Shown: positions 1-9,202, counted from the stretch's first letter. The stretch is DNA of 64,000 nt from Candidatus Scatovivens sp. (GCA_045646345.1 JAZRKN010000009.1:1-64000), one strand, 5' to 3'. Program-made: numbers and translations. The notes: generated by a model not told the origin, from the letters alone.

Positions 1-735
1 AAGAAGAAGCAATAGATATTGAAGGATACAATAAAGTAGATCCAACAAGTCAAACAATTACAATAAAAGTTAGTGGAAATGTAATAAACTTCTATTATAC
101 AAAGAGAACAGATTTAAGTTACACAGTAAATTACTTAGAACAAGGAACAAACAAATCTTTAGCAACTGCGAAAGTTGCAAATGGTCAAGTATTTGGTGCA
201 GAAGTAAAAGAAGAAGCAATAGATATTGAAGGATACAATAAAGTAGATCCAACAAGTCAAACAATTACAATAAAAGTTAGTGGAAATGTAATAAACTTCT
301 ACTATACAAAGAGAACTGATTTAAGCTACACAGTAAATTACCTAGAAAAAGGAACAAATATATCATTAGCGGATGCTAAAGTTGTAGATAACCAAGTATT
401 TGGAGCAAGTATAACAGAAACAGCAATAGCTATTACAGGATATAATGCAGTAGATCCAACAAGTCAAACAATCACAATAAAAGTTGAAGAAAATGTAATT
501 AATTTCTATTATGAAAGAGCAATATACAGCTATACTGTAAATTACTTAGAAAAAGGAACAAATACACCATTAAAAGCAGCAAAAGTTGTTGAAGATGTAG
601 TTGTTGGAACAGTCATTACATCAAGTGATGAAGTAATTGAAATTAGCGGTTACACTTATAATAGTGTAGACAAAAATACATTAACAATAACAAGAGTTGA
701 AGCCAATAATGTAATTAATATTTATTATGAAAGAG
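1..735 (+). repeat. Tandem ~207-bp (69-aa) MucBP-like domain repeats
   Basis: Sequence at 1 recurs almost exactly at 208; later copies diverge but keep YTVNYLE-GT and NVINFYY. Confidence 0.9.
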
Positions 736-2060
736 TAAATGTAAGTTTAACAAAAATGGCTGTAGATGCAAAAGGAAAAGAAGTAACTCCACTTTACAAA
801 TATTCAGAAGGAGAAACAGTAAGATATAAATTAACAATAAGAAACAATGGAACAAGCACATTAAATTCTTATACAGTAACAGATACATTACCAAATGAAT
901 TAAGATTTGATGGAACTCAACCTGCAGGAACAAGCGTAAATGGAAAAACTTTAACTTGGACAATTACAAACTTAGCTGGAGGAGCAAGTAAATCAATTAC
1001 AATAGTAACAAAAATAAATAACGATAGTTGGTCTTCGTCTCCACAAGATACATATCATTCAAGAGATGGTGTAATGCTTGCAAATGGAACTGAAAAGACA
1101 ATAAGACAAAGTGATTATAGAGGAGATACAAAAACAAAATATGATAATGATGAAAATTATATAAATTGTTCATTCTATCTTTACAATTCACAAAATGGAG
1201 AGGTACCATTTGAAAATGGATCAACACAATATACTGGTGGCTATACAGCAGTTGGATTTGGTAGAGTATCAGGTATAGCATTTAATTCATCTTTAACATC
1301 TATCGAAAATTTAAATAATGTTATAGATACACATAATTTAGTTCAAGATAAAATTGTTTATGCTCCAAACTATAATCCGGGTGATGGAAAAATAGTTTTG
1401 TGGTATGTATCTAAAACAATTAGAGGTACAGAAGAAACATTTAATGGAAAAACAGCTTATATTACATATCACGTTGATGGTATAGTTGTTGATTTAAATA
1501 ATGTTTATGCTGTAACAAATAGAATAACAGGTTCTGATGGAAAAACATCAAATGATATAGTTTTAGTAGTTGATGATTCATCAACATCTACAGGAATAAC
1601 TTCAAATGATACAGTAAGACCAATTACAACAACTTTAAAAATGGTAAAATCAATGAAACCTACAAATATTATAGAAAATGAAGAGGATAAAACATTAGTA
1701 GAAGATTCTTTAGAAAATGAAATTCCAGAGAATACAGTTCCAGAGAATACAGTTCCAGAGAATATAGTTCCAGAGAATAATGTTCCAGAGAATAATGTTC
1801 CAGAGAATAATGTTCCAGAGAATACAGTTCCAGAGAATAATGTTCCAGAGAATACAGCTCCAGAGAATAATGTTCCAGAGAATACAGCTCCAGAGAATAA
1901 TGTTCCAGAGAATACAATTCCAGAGAACAATGTTGTAGAGAATACTATTACAGAAATAATAGGAAATGCTGAAAATACAGTTGTTGAAAATCCTGTTATT
2001 GAAGAAGTAATTATTCCTAATACAGAAATAAAAGAATCAGAAGAAAATGCAAATGTTTAA
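1..2060 (+). CDS. 3' part of large surface protein: MucBP-like repeats, DUF11-like domain, acidic PEN-repeat tail (5' truncated by window)
   Basis: Frame of ORF 756..2060 is open back to position 3 (EEAIDIEGYNKVDPTSQTITIKVSGNVINFYYTKRTDLSYTVNYLE...). Repeats followed by GETVRYKLTIRNNG...VTDTLP...LTWTI (DUF11-like). Confidence 0.8.
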   Translation, partial: EEAIDIEGYNKVDPTSQTITIKVSGNVINFYYTKRTDLSYTVNYLEQGTNKSLATAKVANGQVFGAEVKEEAIDIEGYNKVDPTSQTITIKVSGNVINFYYTKRTDLSYTVNYLEKGTNISLADAKVVDNQVFGASITETAIAITGYNAVDPTSQTITIKVEENVINFYYERAIYSYTVNYLEKGTNTPLKAAKVVEDVVVGTVITSSDEVIEISGYTYNSVDKNTLTITRVEANNVINIYYERVNVSLTKMAVDAKGKEVTPLYKYSEGETVRYKLTIRNNGTSTLNSYTVTDTLPNELRFDGTQPAGTSVNGKTLTWTITNLAGGASKSITIVTKINNDSWSSSPQDTYHSRDGVMLANGTEKTIRQSDYRGDTKTKYDNDENYINCSFYLYNSQNGEVPFENGSTQYTGGYTAVGFGRVSGIAFNSSLTSIENLNNVIDTHNLVQDKIVYAPNYNPGDGKIVLWYVSKTIRGTEETFNGKTAYITYHVDGIVVDLNNVYAVTNRITGSDGKTSNDIVLVVDDSSTSTGITSNDTVRPITTTLKMVKSMKPTNIIENEEDKTLVEDSLENEIPENTVPENTVPENIVPENNVPENNVPENNVPENTVPENNVPENTAPENNVPENTAPENNVPENTIPENNVVENTITEIIGNAENTVVENPVIEEVIIPNTEIKESEENANV
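1722..1946 (+). repeat. 15-bp coding minisatellite, ~15 units encoding (V/A/I)PEN(T/N/I)
   Basis: Repeated ttccagagaatacag/ttccagagaataatg units in frame with the CDS. Confidence 0.95.
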
Positions 2061-2089
2061 TTATTGAATATTTGCAATCCTTATAAAAG

Positions 2090-2126
2090 TAAAAGCGAAA
2101 GATATACTCTTTCGCTTTTATTTTTT
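2090..2126 (+). terminator. Intrinsic terminator
   Basis: taaaagcgaaaga-tatac-tctttcgctttta followed by T tract. Confidence 0.85.
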
Positions 2127-2225
2127 ATATATGATTAATAATTAAAAATGTAATATTCTTGTTATAGCTAAAAAATATGAAATATGGTAAAGTACAATTA
2201 AGGATAAAAGGGATATTAGAAACTA

Positions 2226-3224
2226 ATGAAAAAATACAAATTATTAAATTCTGGAGTTAAAGTAAATAGAGAACTAGAAGAATATGAGAAAACTCATATT
2301 TGTCACAGAGTTGCGGATATTTTGAGAAGAAAATATCCTTATTTATCATGGAATTATTTACAGATAATTACTGACTTATATAATACAAAAATGTATGTTG
2401 TAAAAGATGAAAATAAAGTTTCTTTAGTTAATTATATTTATCAAGATCAATCAATTTATTTTGCAGAAGAAAAAGATTTAAAAAGAGTGGACGAGAATGT
2501 AATACATGAATGCATACATAAATTACAAGATAGAAGAAACAAGCATGGAAGACTTATGCAACTCGGTAATTGCGAGTTTACACTTTCTAAAGTAAAAGGG
2601 TTAGCATTTAATGAGGCTGCAAATCAATACATAGTCGCTGAACTTTTAAATAGAAAATATAAAGAAATAAATTTAAATAATATAAAATTGAAATTACCAA
2701 AAGATTCATATTATTTAATAACAGCTAATTTAATGAAACAAATTATGATGCTGATTGAAGAAGATGAAATATTAGTTAAAAGCACAATATCTGCTAATAA
2801 TGATTTTAATTACAAAATGATAGATTATTTTGGAGAAAAAGAATTTTATAATATTAGAGAAAATTTTGATAAAATAGAAAATCTTCAAATAAGAGGAAAT
2901 GTAAAAGAAGCTGAAGAAATCTATTTTAAAACTCAAAAAATAATTTATCAAAATTATTTTAATAAACAATTAAAATATATAGATTCACTAAGTGAAATAG
3001 ATGAAATAAAACAAAAATTAGAAAAATATTTTTCTTTTATAGAAACTACAGAACTTCTTAAAGAAGATAATGAAGAATACAAAATTTTTGCAGGAGCTAT
3101 TTTATTTAAAGAAGAAAGTATAAAAAATAAATATGCATTAGTGGTTGTAAAAAATAATAGTATAAGAAAAATGTTTAATAAATTGAGAGAATTTATAACA
3201 GTGGGTAAAAATAGTGAATATTAA
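2226..3224 (+). CDS. Hypothetical protein with zincin-like HEXXH motif
   Basis: 332-aa ORF; IHECIHK plus downstream GLAFNEAANQ (candidate third ligand Glu). Confidence 0.65.
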   Translation: MKKYKLLNSGVKVNRELEEYEKTHICHRVADILRRKYPYLSWNYLQIITDLYNTKMYVVKDENKVSLVNYIYQDQSIYFAEEKDLKRVDENVIHECIHKLQDRRNKHGRLMQLGNCEFTLSKVKGLAFNEAANQYIVAELLNRKYKEINLNNIKLKLPKDSYYLITANLMKQIMMLIEEDEILVKSTISANNDFNYKMIDYFGEKEFYNIRENFDKIENLQIRGNVKEAEEIYFKTQKIIYQNYFNKQLKYIDSLSEIDEIKQKLEKYFSFIETTELLKEDNEEYKIFAGAILFKEESIKNKYALVVVKNNSIRKMFNKLREFITVGKNSEY

Positions 3225-3260
3225 AAAAGATTATATTTATATAAATATAATCTTTTTTTT
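3223..3260. terminator. Bidirectional terminator between convergent genes
   Basis: Palindrome aaaaaagattatatttat/ataaatataatctttttt. Confidence 0.7.
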
Positions 3261-3432
3261 ATAAGAAAAATTTTAAAATATATAAAAACACAGTTGTAAT
3301 TAAAATCTTTAGTGAAATACTAAAAAACTTAACAGCAAAGTTTGAAAACCACATTTTCTTGTAATCATTTTCTAGATTAATTGCTAGACGATTAGCAGAA
3401 GGAATTTTAATTTTTTCTTCTTGATTGTTCAT
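3259..3432 (-). CDS. 57-aa small membrane protein (not in ORF track)
   Basis: AGGAGG RBS then ATG; MNNQEEKIKIPSANRLAINLENDYKKMWFSNFAVKFFSISLKILITTVFLYILKFFL*; hydrophobic C-terminus. Confidence 0.7.
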   Translation of the reverse strand: MNNQEEKIKIPSANRLAINLENDYKKMWFSNFAVKFFSISLKILITTVFLYILKFFL

Positions 3433-3530
3433 TACAAAACCTCCTAATATTAATTAAAGTATAACTTTATAAAATAAGAATATCAATTACAATTTAATTA
3501 CAATTAGCAATTTTGGGGCAAAATATTAAG

Positions 3531-3559
3531 TTGAAAAAAATCGAGACTTGTAATATAAT
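3531..3559 (+). promoter_or_regulatory. Sigma-A-like promoter with no downstream sense ORF
   Basis: TTGAAA-17 bp-TATAAT. Confidence 0.6.
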
Positions 3560-3565
3560 GCTTAT

Positions 3566-3654
3566 GGAGATTTTTATCTCTGACTCTAAAAAATAGAGTT
3601 TTAAAATAAAAAATGGGATGAAAAAACACACTATGAAAATCTAGTGTGTTTTTT
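3566..3654 (+). ncRNA. Candidate ~90-nt small RNA
   Basis: Follows the promoter; hairpins gagat-tttt-atctc and actcta-aaaaa-tagagt, then terminator aaaaaacacacta...tagtgtgtttttt; no ORF. Confidence 0.45.
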
Positions 3655-3823
3655 CTATTATATAAAATATGTTACTTTATAAGTAAAATATGAAATTGTT
3701 AAAAAGAAGAAATGAAGACACAATCTAAACAAAGGTTGTGCTTTCAGAATGTGCCTCTAAAAAATAAAATAAGAGCCACTATTCATCGGCTCTTAAGAAA
3801 ATTTTAAAATAAAAAAATGGGTA

Positions 3824-4144
3824 TTAATCATATTGACGACAAGCCTGAATGTAGATTCTTTCCATAAAGGCTTTTAAGACCATATTATAATGCCAGAACA
3901 GGGTATGATTCGATAAACTTTTCGATAAAAGTTTGGTGTCAAGAAATTTAGACACTTCGTGATATGAAGTTATTGCTATTCCAGTTAATTTGATTTCATT
4001 AAGATCATAAACTGTGCAAAGTGCTTCCATATATTCTTCGCCAAATGCTTTGAATTTTTGTGGATCGTCACTAACTTCAATTATTTTTGAACCTGCGCTT
4101 TTTAAAATTTTTTCTATTTTTTCAAATGTTTCTTTATTATTCAT
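3824..4144 (-). CDS. Hypothetical protein, 106 aa
   Basis: AGGAGG RBS, upstream promoter, downstream hairpin taagagcc...ggctctta (3770-3795). Confidence 0.75.
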   Translation of the reverse strand: MNNKETFEKIEKILKSAGSKIIEVSDDPQKFKAFGEEYMEALCTVYDLNEIKLTGIAITSYHEVSKFLDTKLLSKSLSNHTLFWHYNMVLKAFMERIYIQACRQYD

Positions 4145-4255
4145 AAGTTACCTCCTATAAAATATAATTAAAAATAAGAGGCACATAAGAATAGAGCCGA
4201 TTAAATATCTTCATTTCAATGTACAACAGTTCTCAAAATGAGAAAGTACATAAAT

Positions 4256-4284
4256 ATTTTACAACAATTAACATAAAAAGTCAA
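4256..4284 (-). promoter_or_regulatory. Sigma-A-like promoter for the 106-aa gene
   Basis: TTGACT-17 bp-TAAAAT on minus strand. Confidence 0.6.
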
Positions 4285-4387
4285 CAATGTGGTTATAAAA
4301 CATTTAAATTACATTTTTTAAAAATATGTATTTTTATTTTTATTTTTGTGGTAAAATCAAGTTGATTATATTAAAAGAGGTAATAAT

Positions 4388-5149
4388 ATGTTTAATGATG
4401 ATCCTATTAAAAGTTATGGAAAAAGTAAAGTTTCAAAAATTTTTGGAGAAGAAGATTTAAGTGGTGGAATTGAAAATAAATATGAATACGATGATAATGA
4501 AAATCTTGAAGATAATTATCAACCAGCATTTTTTGTTACAAAATATGGAATTAATAGAACTAGAGGGTTAAGTATTCAAACTGTATTTGTATCGTTTATA
4601 TTGATATGGATTGCGTTATGTTCATATGCATTATATACATATACACAAGATTTGAATGAGTTAAATCAAGAATCACAAAATGCAATTGCAGCAATGGAAG
4701 AAAATGAAATGACACAAGCACAAAAACAAAATGAAATTAAAAATGCAGAAGAAAGATTAAATCAATATGAGTTTAATGAATTGAAACAAATTGTTTTTGA
4801 GGATGGAGCGTCAATACCTACAATATATAATTCTGTAGATAAAGTGAAAAAAGTAAAAGAACAAAAATATAGATATTTGGATAAAAGATTTGGTGATGGA
4901 ATAACAACAATTGAAATAATATATGAAGAACCATTTACTGAAAATGAAATAGATAGTTATATATTTGATTTAATAAGCGAAAATTATATGGTAACTAAAA
5001 TGTCTTATTTAAATGAATATACATTTGTGAAAGAGATTGTAGGAACAGATAAGTTTCTTATGGTTATTATAGAGGATGATAGATTGGTATATGGTGCTGG
5101 TGTGGGAAATTCAGCAGAATATACTAGAGAAAATAAAAATATAAAATAA
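4388..5149 (+). CDS. Hypothetical single-pass membrane protein
   Basis: 253-aa ORF, GAGG RBS, one TM (VFVSFILIWIALCSYALY) followed by coiled-coil-like segment. Confidence 0.75.
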   Translation: MFNDDPIKSYGKSKVSKIFGEEDLSGGIENKYEYDDNENLEDNYQPAFFVTKYGINRTRGLSIQTVFVSFILIWIALCSYALYTYTQDLNELNQESQNAIAAMEENEMTQAQKQNEIKNAEERLNQYEFNELKQIVFEDGASIPTIYNSVDKVKKVKEQKYRYLDKRFGDGITTIEIIYEEPFTENEIDSYIFDLISENYMVTKMSYLNEYTFVKEIVGTDKFLMVIIEDDRLVYGAGVGNSAEYTRENKNIK

Positions 5150-5178
5150 TTTAAAGTGTAAATATGAAAGGAGAAAAA

Positions 5179-5874
5179 ATGGATTTTTTGATTGAAGGTT
5201 TTAATGATTTAATGCAAATTACAGAATTTGCGATGTTTTTTAAATTAGTGTTAATTGTAATTTTAGCAGGGATTGTAGGATATGAGAGAGAGTCTTGGAA
5301 AAAACCGGCTGGATTTAGAACTTATGTATTAGTTGGAATTAGTGCTGTTTTAGTAATGTCTTGCGGTGAATTTTTATATAAAGAATTAGGAGCAGATCCT
5401 ACAAGAATACCAGCACAATTGTTGTCTGGAATAGGTTTTTTAGGTGCAGGAACAATTTTAAGAGATGGATTTAATGTAAAAGGATTAACAACTGCTGCTG
5501 GACTTTTAGCTATTACTTGTATAGGTCTTATTGTTGGAGCCGGTTTTTATCTTCCTGCAGTTGTTGCAACATTTGTTGTATATTGTGTTTTATCTTATTC
5601 ACATGTATTATCTACAAATTTGGAACATTATTATTTTATAGATTTAAAAATTGTTTCACAAAAACCGAAAGATATATTAGAAGATATAAGAAAAGTATTT
5701 AATCATGAAAAATTAGAAATAATACAATTAAAAATAATAGACGACAAAGAAGCTGATGACTATATTAAAGTGGAAGTAAAATATAAAGAAAAAGTTGATA
5801 TAAACAAAATTTTCTCAAAAGTTATGGCTATAAGTACTGTAAAAGAAGTTTCTGAAATTAAAAAAGTAGACTAA
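5179..5874 (+). CDS. MgtC/SapB family membrane protein with C-terminal ACT-like domain
   Basis: GYERE...PAGFRT, DPTRIPAQLLSGIGFLGAG, GLTTAA motifs; AAGGAG RBS favours ATG 5179. Confidence 0.9.
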   Translation: MDFLIEGFNDLMQITEFAMFFKLVLIVILAGIVGYERESWKKPAGFRTYVLVGISAVLVMSCGEFLYKELGADPTRIPAQLLSGIGFLGAGTILRDGFNVKGLTTAAGLLAITCIGLIVGAGFYLPAVVATFVVYCVLSYSHVLSTNLEHYYFIDLKIVSQKPKDILEDIRKVFNHEKLEIIQLKIIDDKEADDYIKVEVKYKEKVDINKIFSKVMAISTVKEVSEIKKVD

Positions 5875-5897
5875 TAAAAAATGCAAAGGAAGTAGAA

Positions 5898-7148
5898 ATG
5901 GAAAATATAAAAGAAATTGCAAATGATTGTTTAAATTGTAAAGTAAAACCATGTAGTATAAAAGGGTGTCCAATTCAAACTAATATACCAGAATTTATAA
6001 AAGAAGTAAAAGATGATAATTATGAAAATGCATATAAAATTTTAAAAGAAAATAATATATGTTCTTATATATGCAGTTTAGTATGTCCTCAAGAAGAACA
6101 ATGTGAAGGGAGTTGTGTAAGAGGAATAAAATCAAATCCAGTTCATATTGGAGAACTTGAAAAAAGAGTAAATGAATGGGCAATTGAAAATAATTATAAT
6201 TATGAAATAAAAGCTAAAAATAGTAATGGAAAAAAAGTTGCAGTAATAGGATCAGGTCCAGCTGGAATTGCTTGTAGTACAGAATTATTAAAAGAAGGTT
6301 TTTCAGTAGATATTTATGAAAAAGATGAAATTCCTGGTGGAATATTAGTATATGGAATTCCTGATTTTAGATTATCTAAAGATAAAGTTGATAATTTAAT
6401 TAATGAAGTAAAACAATTAGGTGGAAAATTTATTACTGGAAAAACTTTTGGAAAAGATATTCTTATTGATGAACTTTTGCAAAAATATGATGCAGTATTT
6501 TTGGGAATAGGAGCTCCAAAATCTACAACCTATACTTTATCCGAAGATGAAGTACAAAATATTTTTAAATCAGATGAATTTTTAAAACTGTATAATGAGA
6601 AAAAAATTATAAAAAATCTTGGAACTGTAGTAGTTATTGGTGGAGGAAATGTTGCAATGGATTCTGCTAGAGCTGCAGTAAGAATGGGAGCAGATAAAGT
6701 AAAAATTCTATATAGAAGAGATAGAGCTCATATGCCAGCAAGAGAAGTTGAGCTAGATGAAGCTATAGAAGATGGTGTGGAATTTAAAGAACTTGTAAGA
6801 GTTATTTCTGCTAATACTGAAAACGGAAAAATTGATTGTGTAAATTGTATAGAAACAGAAATTGTTGAAGGAAAAGCTGTTGATAAAAAAGATGCAAAAG
6901 AATATAAAGAGAATGCAAATACTGTTATTTTTGCAATTGGATTAAAACCTGATAAAAATTTAATTCAAGAACAAGGAATTGAACTTGATGATTGGGGATA
7001 TATAAAAATAGATGAAAATGGAATGACTAATTTGAAAAATGTATATGCCGGAGGAGATAATACTGAGAGTAAAGCAACAGTCTGCAGAGCATTAGCAGCA
7101 GGAAAAAAAGCAGCTAATGGAATAATTAAAAATTTAATAAATGAATAA
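5898..7148 (+). CDS. GltD/SudA/NfnB-like FAD/NAD(P)H oxidoreductase with Fe-S clusters
   Basis: CxxCxxxxC...CP, VCPQEEQCEGSC, GSGPAG, YGIPDFRL, GGGNVAMD, AGGD. Confidence 0.85.
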   Translation: MENIKEIANDCLNCKVKPCSIKGCPIQTNIPEFIKEVKDDNYENAYKILKENNICSYICSLVCPQEEQCEGSCVRGIKSNPVHIGELEKRVNEWAIENNYNYEIKAKNSNGKKVAVIGSGPAGIACSTELLKEGFSVDIYEKDEIPGGILVYGIPDFRLSKDKVDNLINEVKQLGGKFITGKTFGKDILIDELLQKYDAVFLGIGAPKSTTYTLSEDEVQNIFKSDEFLKLYNEKKIIKNLGTVVVIGGGNVAMDSARAAVRMGADKVKILYRRDRAHMPAREVELDEAIEDGVEFKELVRVISANTENGKIDCVNCIETEIVEGKAVDKKDAKEYKENANTVIFAIGLKPDKNLIQEQGIELDDWGYIKIDENGMTNLKNVYAGGDNTESKATVCRALAAGKKAANGIIKNLINE

Positions 7149-7160
7149 TAAAAGGAAAAG

Positions 7161-7190
7161 CCCCGTATTCCACAAAAGTGGAATACGGGG
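7161..7190. terminator. GC-rich bidirectional terminator
   Basis: Perfect 13-bp stem ccccgtattccac-aaaa-gtggaatacgggg between convergent genes. Confidence 0.9.
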
Positions 7191-7212
7191 ATGTTTTTTT
7201 GAATTACAAATA

Positions 7213-9039
7213 TTAAAGTTCAGTGACAATGTCAAAAGCTCCCGGAAGGATAACATAGTTACCTTCAGAATCATAAGCCTTACGAGGAGTGAATGTGATG
7301 TTACCATCAGTGATTTCCTTGGTAAGATCTACCTGATGAGAAACAAACAATACAATTCTCTTCATATCCTTCTGACAGAAGTCAGACATGAACTTAAGGA
7401 CAGAGATTGCAGTGTTATCATCCAGTGCGTTGGTAGCTTCATCAAATACTACGATTTGATGGGTAGGGCTTAAGTTGTAGAGAACCTTGACGATGGCAAG
7501 TCTTTGTTTTTGCCCCGAAGAGTATTGTTCAATCGTTGTCCTATTAAGGTATTCTAAGACCTTTTCATCATTATTGATTGTAAGGCCTAAGTTTCTCATG
7601 ATATCTTCGTAGATGTGAGTACCATGAAGAACCTCGAGCATCTTAGCTCGATCGAATTTGGAAATATCGTTATTGAAAATGATTTCCTGAAGCACAGGAT
7701 TTGCACCCAATCTGCCGTTACTTTCGTGCATGATAGAGGCAAGGTATGCGTTTTGAGAAAGATTTCCAATGTAGGAAATCGGAGAAAGTAACATACGAAT
7801 CTTGCCAATTAAGATGTGCATAAAAGTAGACTTACCACAGCCAGTGTGACCGTATACAAGGTAGGAACATCCAGAAGTAAGTGTGAATCTGTAAGGGTTC
7901 CTTAACTTATAGACAGAAATTGCACCAGGGTAACTGAATTCGAAAGGTTCGACATTGATCTCTTCGATAGATTCCTTTTCTTCAATCTGAATATCATTTT
8001 CTTTTTCGAACACGGACATAATATTGTCAAAATCAGGCTTAATGCGTTCAGCATCTCTGACAGTATTAACGATAGTTTCCATGTCAGTTAAGATAGATGC
8101 AACTTTATCCAAAATGTTCGAATATACTGTGGAAACAGCAATGATATCGGTAAGGATTGCAAGAGAAAGGTTATCAATACCACCAGCAAAATTCAATTTG
8201 ATGATAATGATAAGAATCATGAAAAGACCAAGAACCAAACTTCTAAGGACTTGAAGACCATTAAGCTTGAAGACCTCTTTCTTCTCAAGGCCGCGCTTGT
8301 TTTGCAAATTTTTGATAAGCAATTTTACGCGATACATGAATTCACTTTTGATCAAAGGCTCAATGTTTTTTACATCATTCATCAAAACATCGTTTTCTTT
8401 TCGAAGAATACGGTGATTGTCCCTGAAGTTCTTTCTCACATGAAGTCTAATTCTAAAAAGAATAGCAAACAAAATGATACAAGAGAAAAGAATCAAAGAG
8501 AAAATGATGGTAAGCATCAAGTTACCTGTCTGAATGAACTCACTTACCAGAATGGCAAATGCCATAACTAAGGCAGTAATCGAATTGGCGATTGCGATAG
8601 GGACGTTTTGCCAGAAAACCCAGATGTAGTTAATGAATTCCTTTAAGTTGAAGATTACTTCAGCATTGGTCATGATTAGTGAATAGTCATTCTTGGTATG
8701 AAAAACTTTTCCTCTGACCGTATTGGAAATTTCGCTAATACTGGCAGTAATGTAAGCATCACTATCGCTGTTGAAAGTATTTTTTTCATTGTCGATGTAA
8801 GTTTGTACAGAACTTCTAAGAACTTGGCGTACAAAATAAAGAACCATAAGTCCAATAGCAAGCCAGTTCATGCCAACGGTTAATGCGGTTTGAGCCCCTT
8901 TGATTGCAAAGCTCAAAATGTCAAAAATAACAGTACTTACGATAGTGACAGCCAAAATGACATTTTTTCGATGCTTCATTGCTTCAGGCATTTCAGCAAC
9001 TTTGTGAGCATGCAACAATTCTTGTAGTTTGTTTAACAC
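7213..9039 (-). CDS. ABC exporter-type protein (fused TM domain + ATPase), atypical
   Basis: N-terminal TM helices; Walker A GHTGCGKST, signature YSSGQKQRL, Walker B VVFDEATNALD, VSH. AGGAGG RBS favours GTG at 9039. Confidence 0.85.
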   Translation of the reverse strand: MLNKLQELLHAHKVAEMPEAMKHRKNVILAVTIVSTVIFDILSFAIKGAQTALTVGMNWLAIGLMVLYFVRQVLRSSVQTYIDNEKNTFNSDSDAYITASISEISNTVRGKVFHTKNDYSLIMTNAEVIFNLKEFINYIWVFWQNVPIAIANSITALVMAFAILVSEFIQTGNLMLTIIFSLILFSCIILFAILFRIRLHVRKNFRDNHRILRKENDVLMNDVKNIEPLIKSEFMYRVKLLIKNLQNKRGLEKKEVFKLNGLQVLRSLVLGLFMILIIIIKLNFAGGIDNLSLAILTDIIAVSTVYSNILDKVASILTDMETIVNTVRDAERIKPDFDNIMSVFEKENDIQIEEKESIEEINVEPFEFSYPGAISVYKLRNPYRFTLTSGCSYLVYGHTGCGKSTFMHILIGKIRMLLSPISYIGNLSQNAYLASIMHESNGRLGANPVLQEIIFNNDISKFDRAKMLEVLHGTHIYEDIMRNLGLTINNDEKVLEYLNRTTIEQYSSGQKQRLAIVKVLYNLSPTHQIVVFDEATNALDDNTAISVLKFMSDFCQKDMKRIVLFVSHQVDLTKEITDGNITFTPRKAYDSEGNYVILPGAFDIVTEL

Positions 9040-9202
9040 TAAAACTCCTCCTTTTATATAATATTTGATTTTCAATGTACATCTATAGCTTTTTCAAATA
9101 GCCATTCTAAATATAGGTACTTGGCTTAAAAAGATATAGTTTACATAAGTATAACACAGATTAGCAGAAAAAACTACCTTTAAATTAAATAAAATTTAAT
9201 AA

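Noticed and set aside
1-420. Diversity-generating retroelement template/variable repeat pair
   Set aside because: Adjacent in-frame domain repeats, differences not confined to adenines, and no reverse transcriptase in the window.
1505-1930. Minus-strand ORFs with SGTLF/LEHYS repeats
   Set aside because: Shadows of the 15-bp coding repeat on the plus strand; no RBS.
1722-1946. Possible CRISPR array
   Set aside because: Contiguous 15-bp in-frame units with no unique spacers and no cas genes.
7141-8883. Several plus-strand ORFs (7141, 8024, 8251, 8698)
   Set aside because: Antisense to the ABC gene; the higher GC reduces stop codons; no recognisable motifs.
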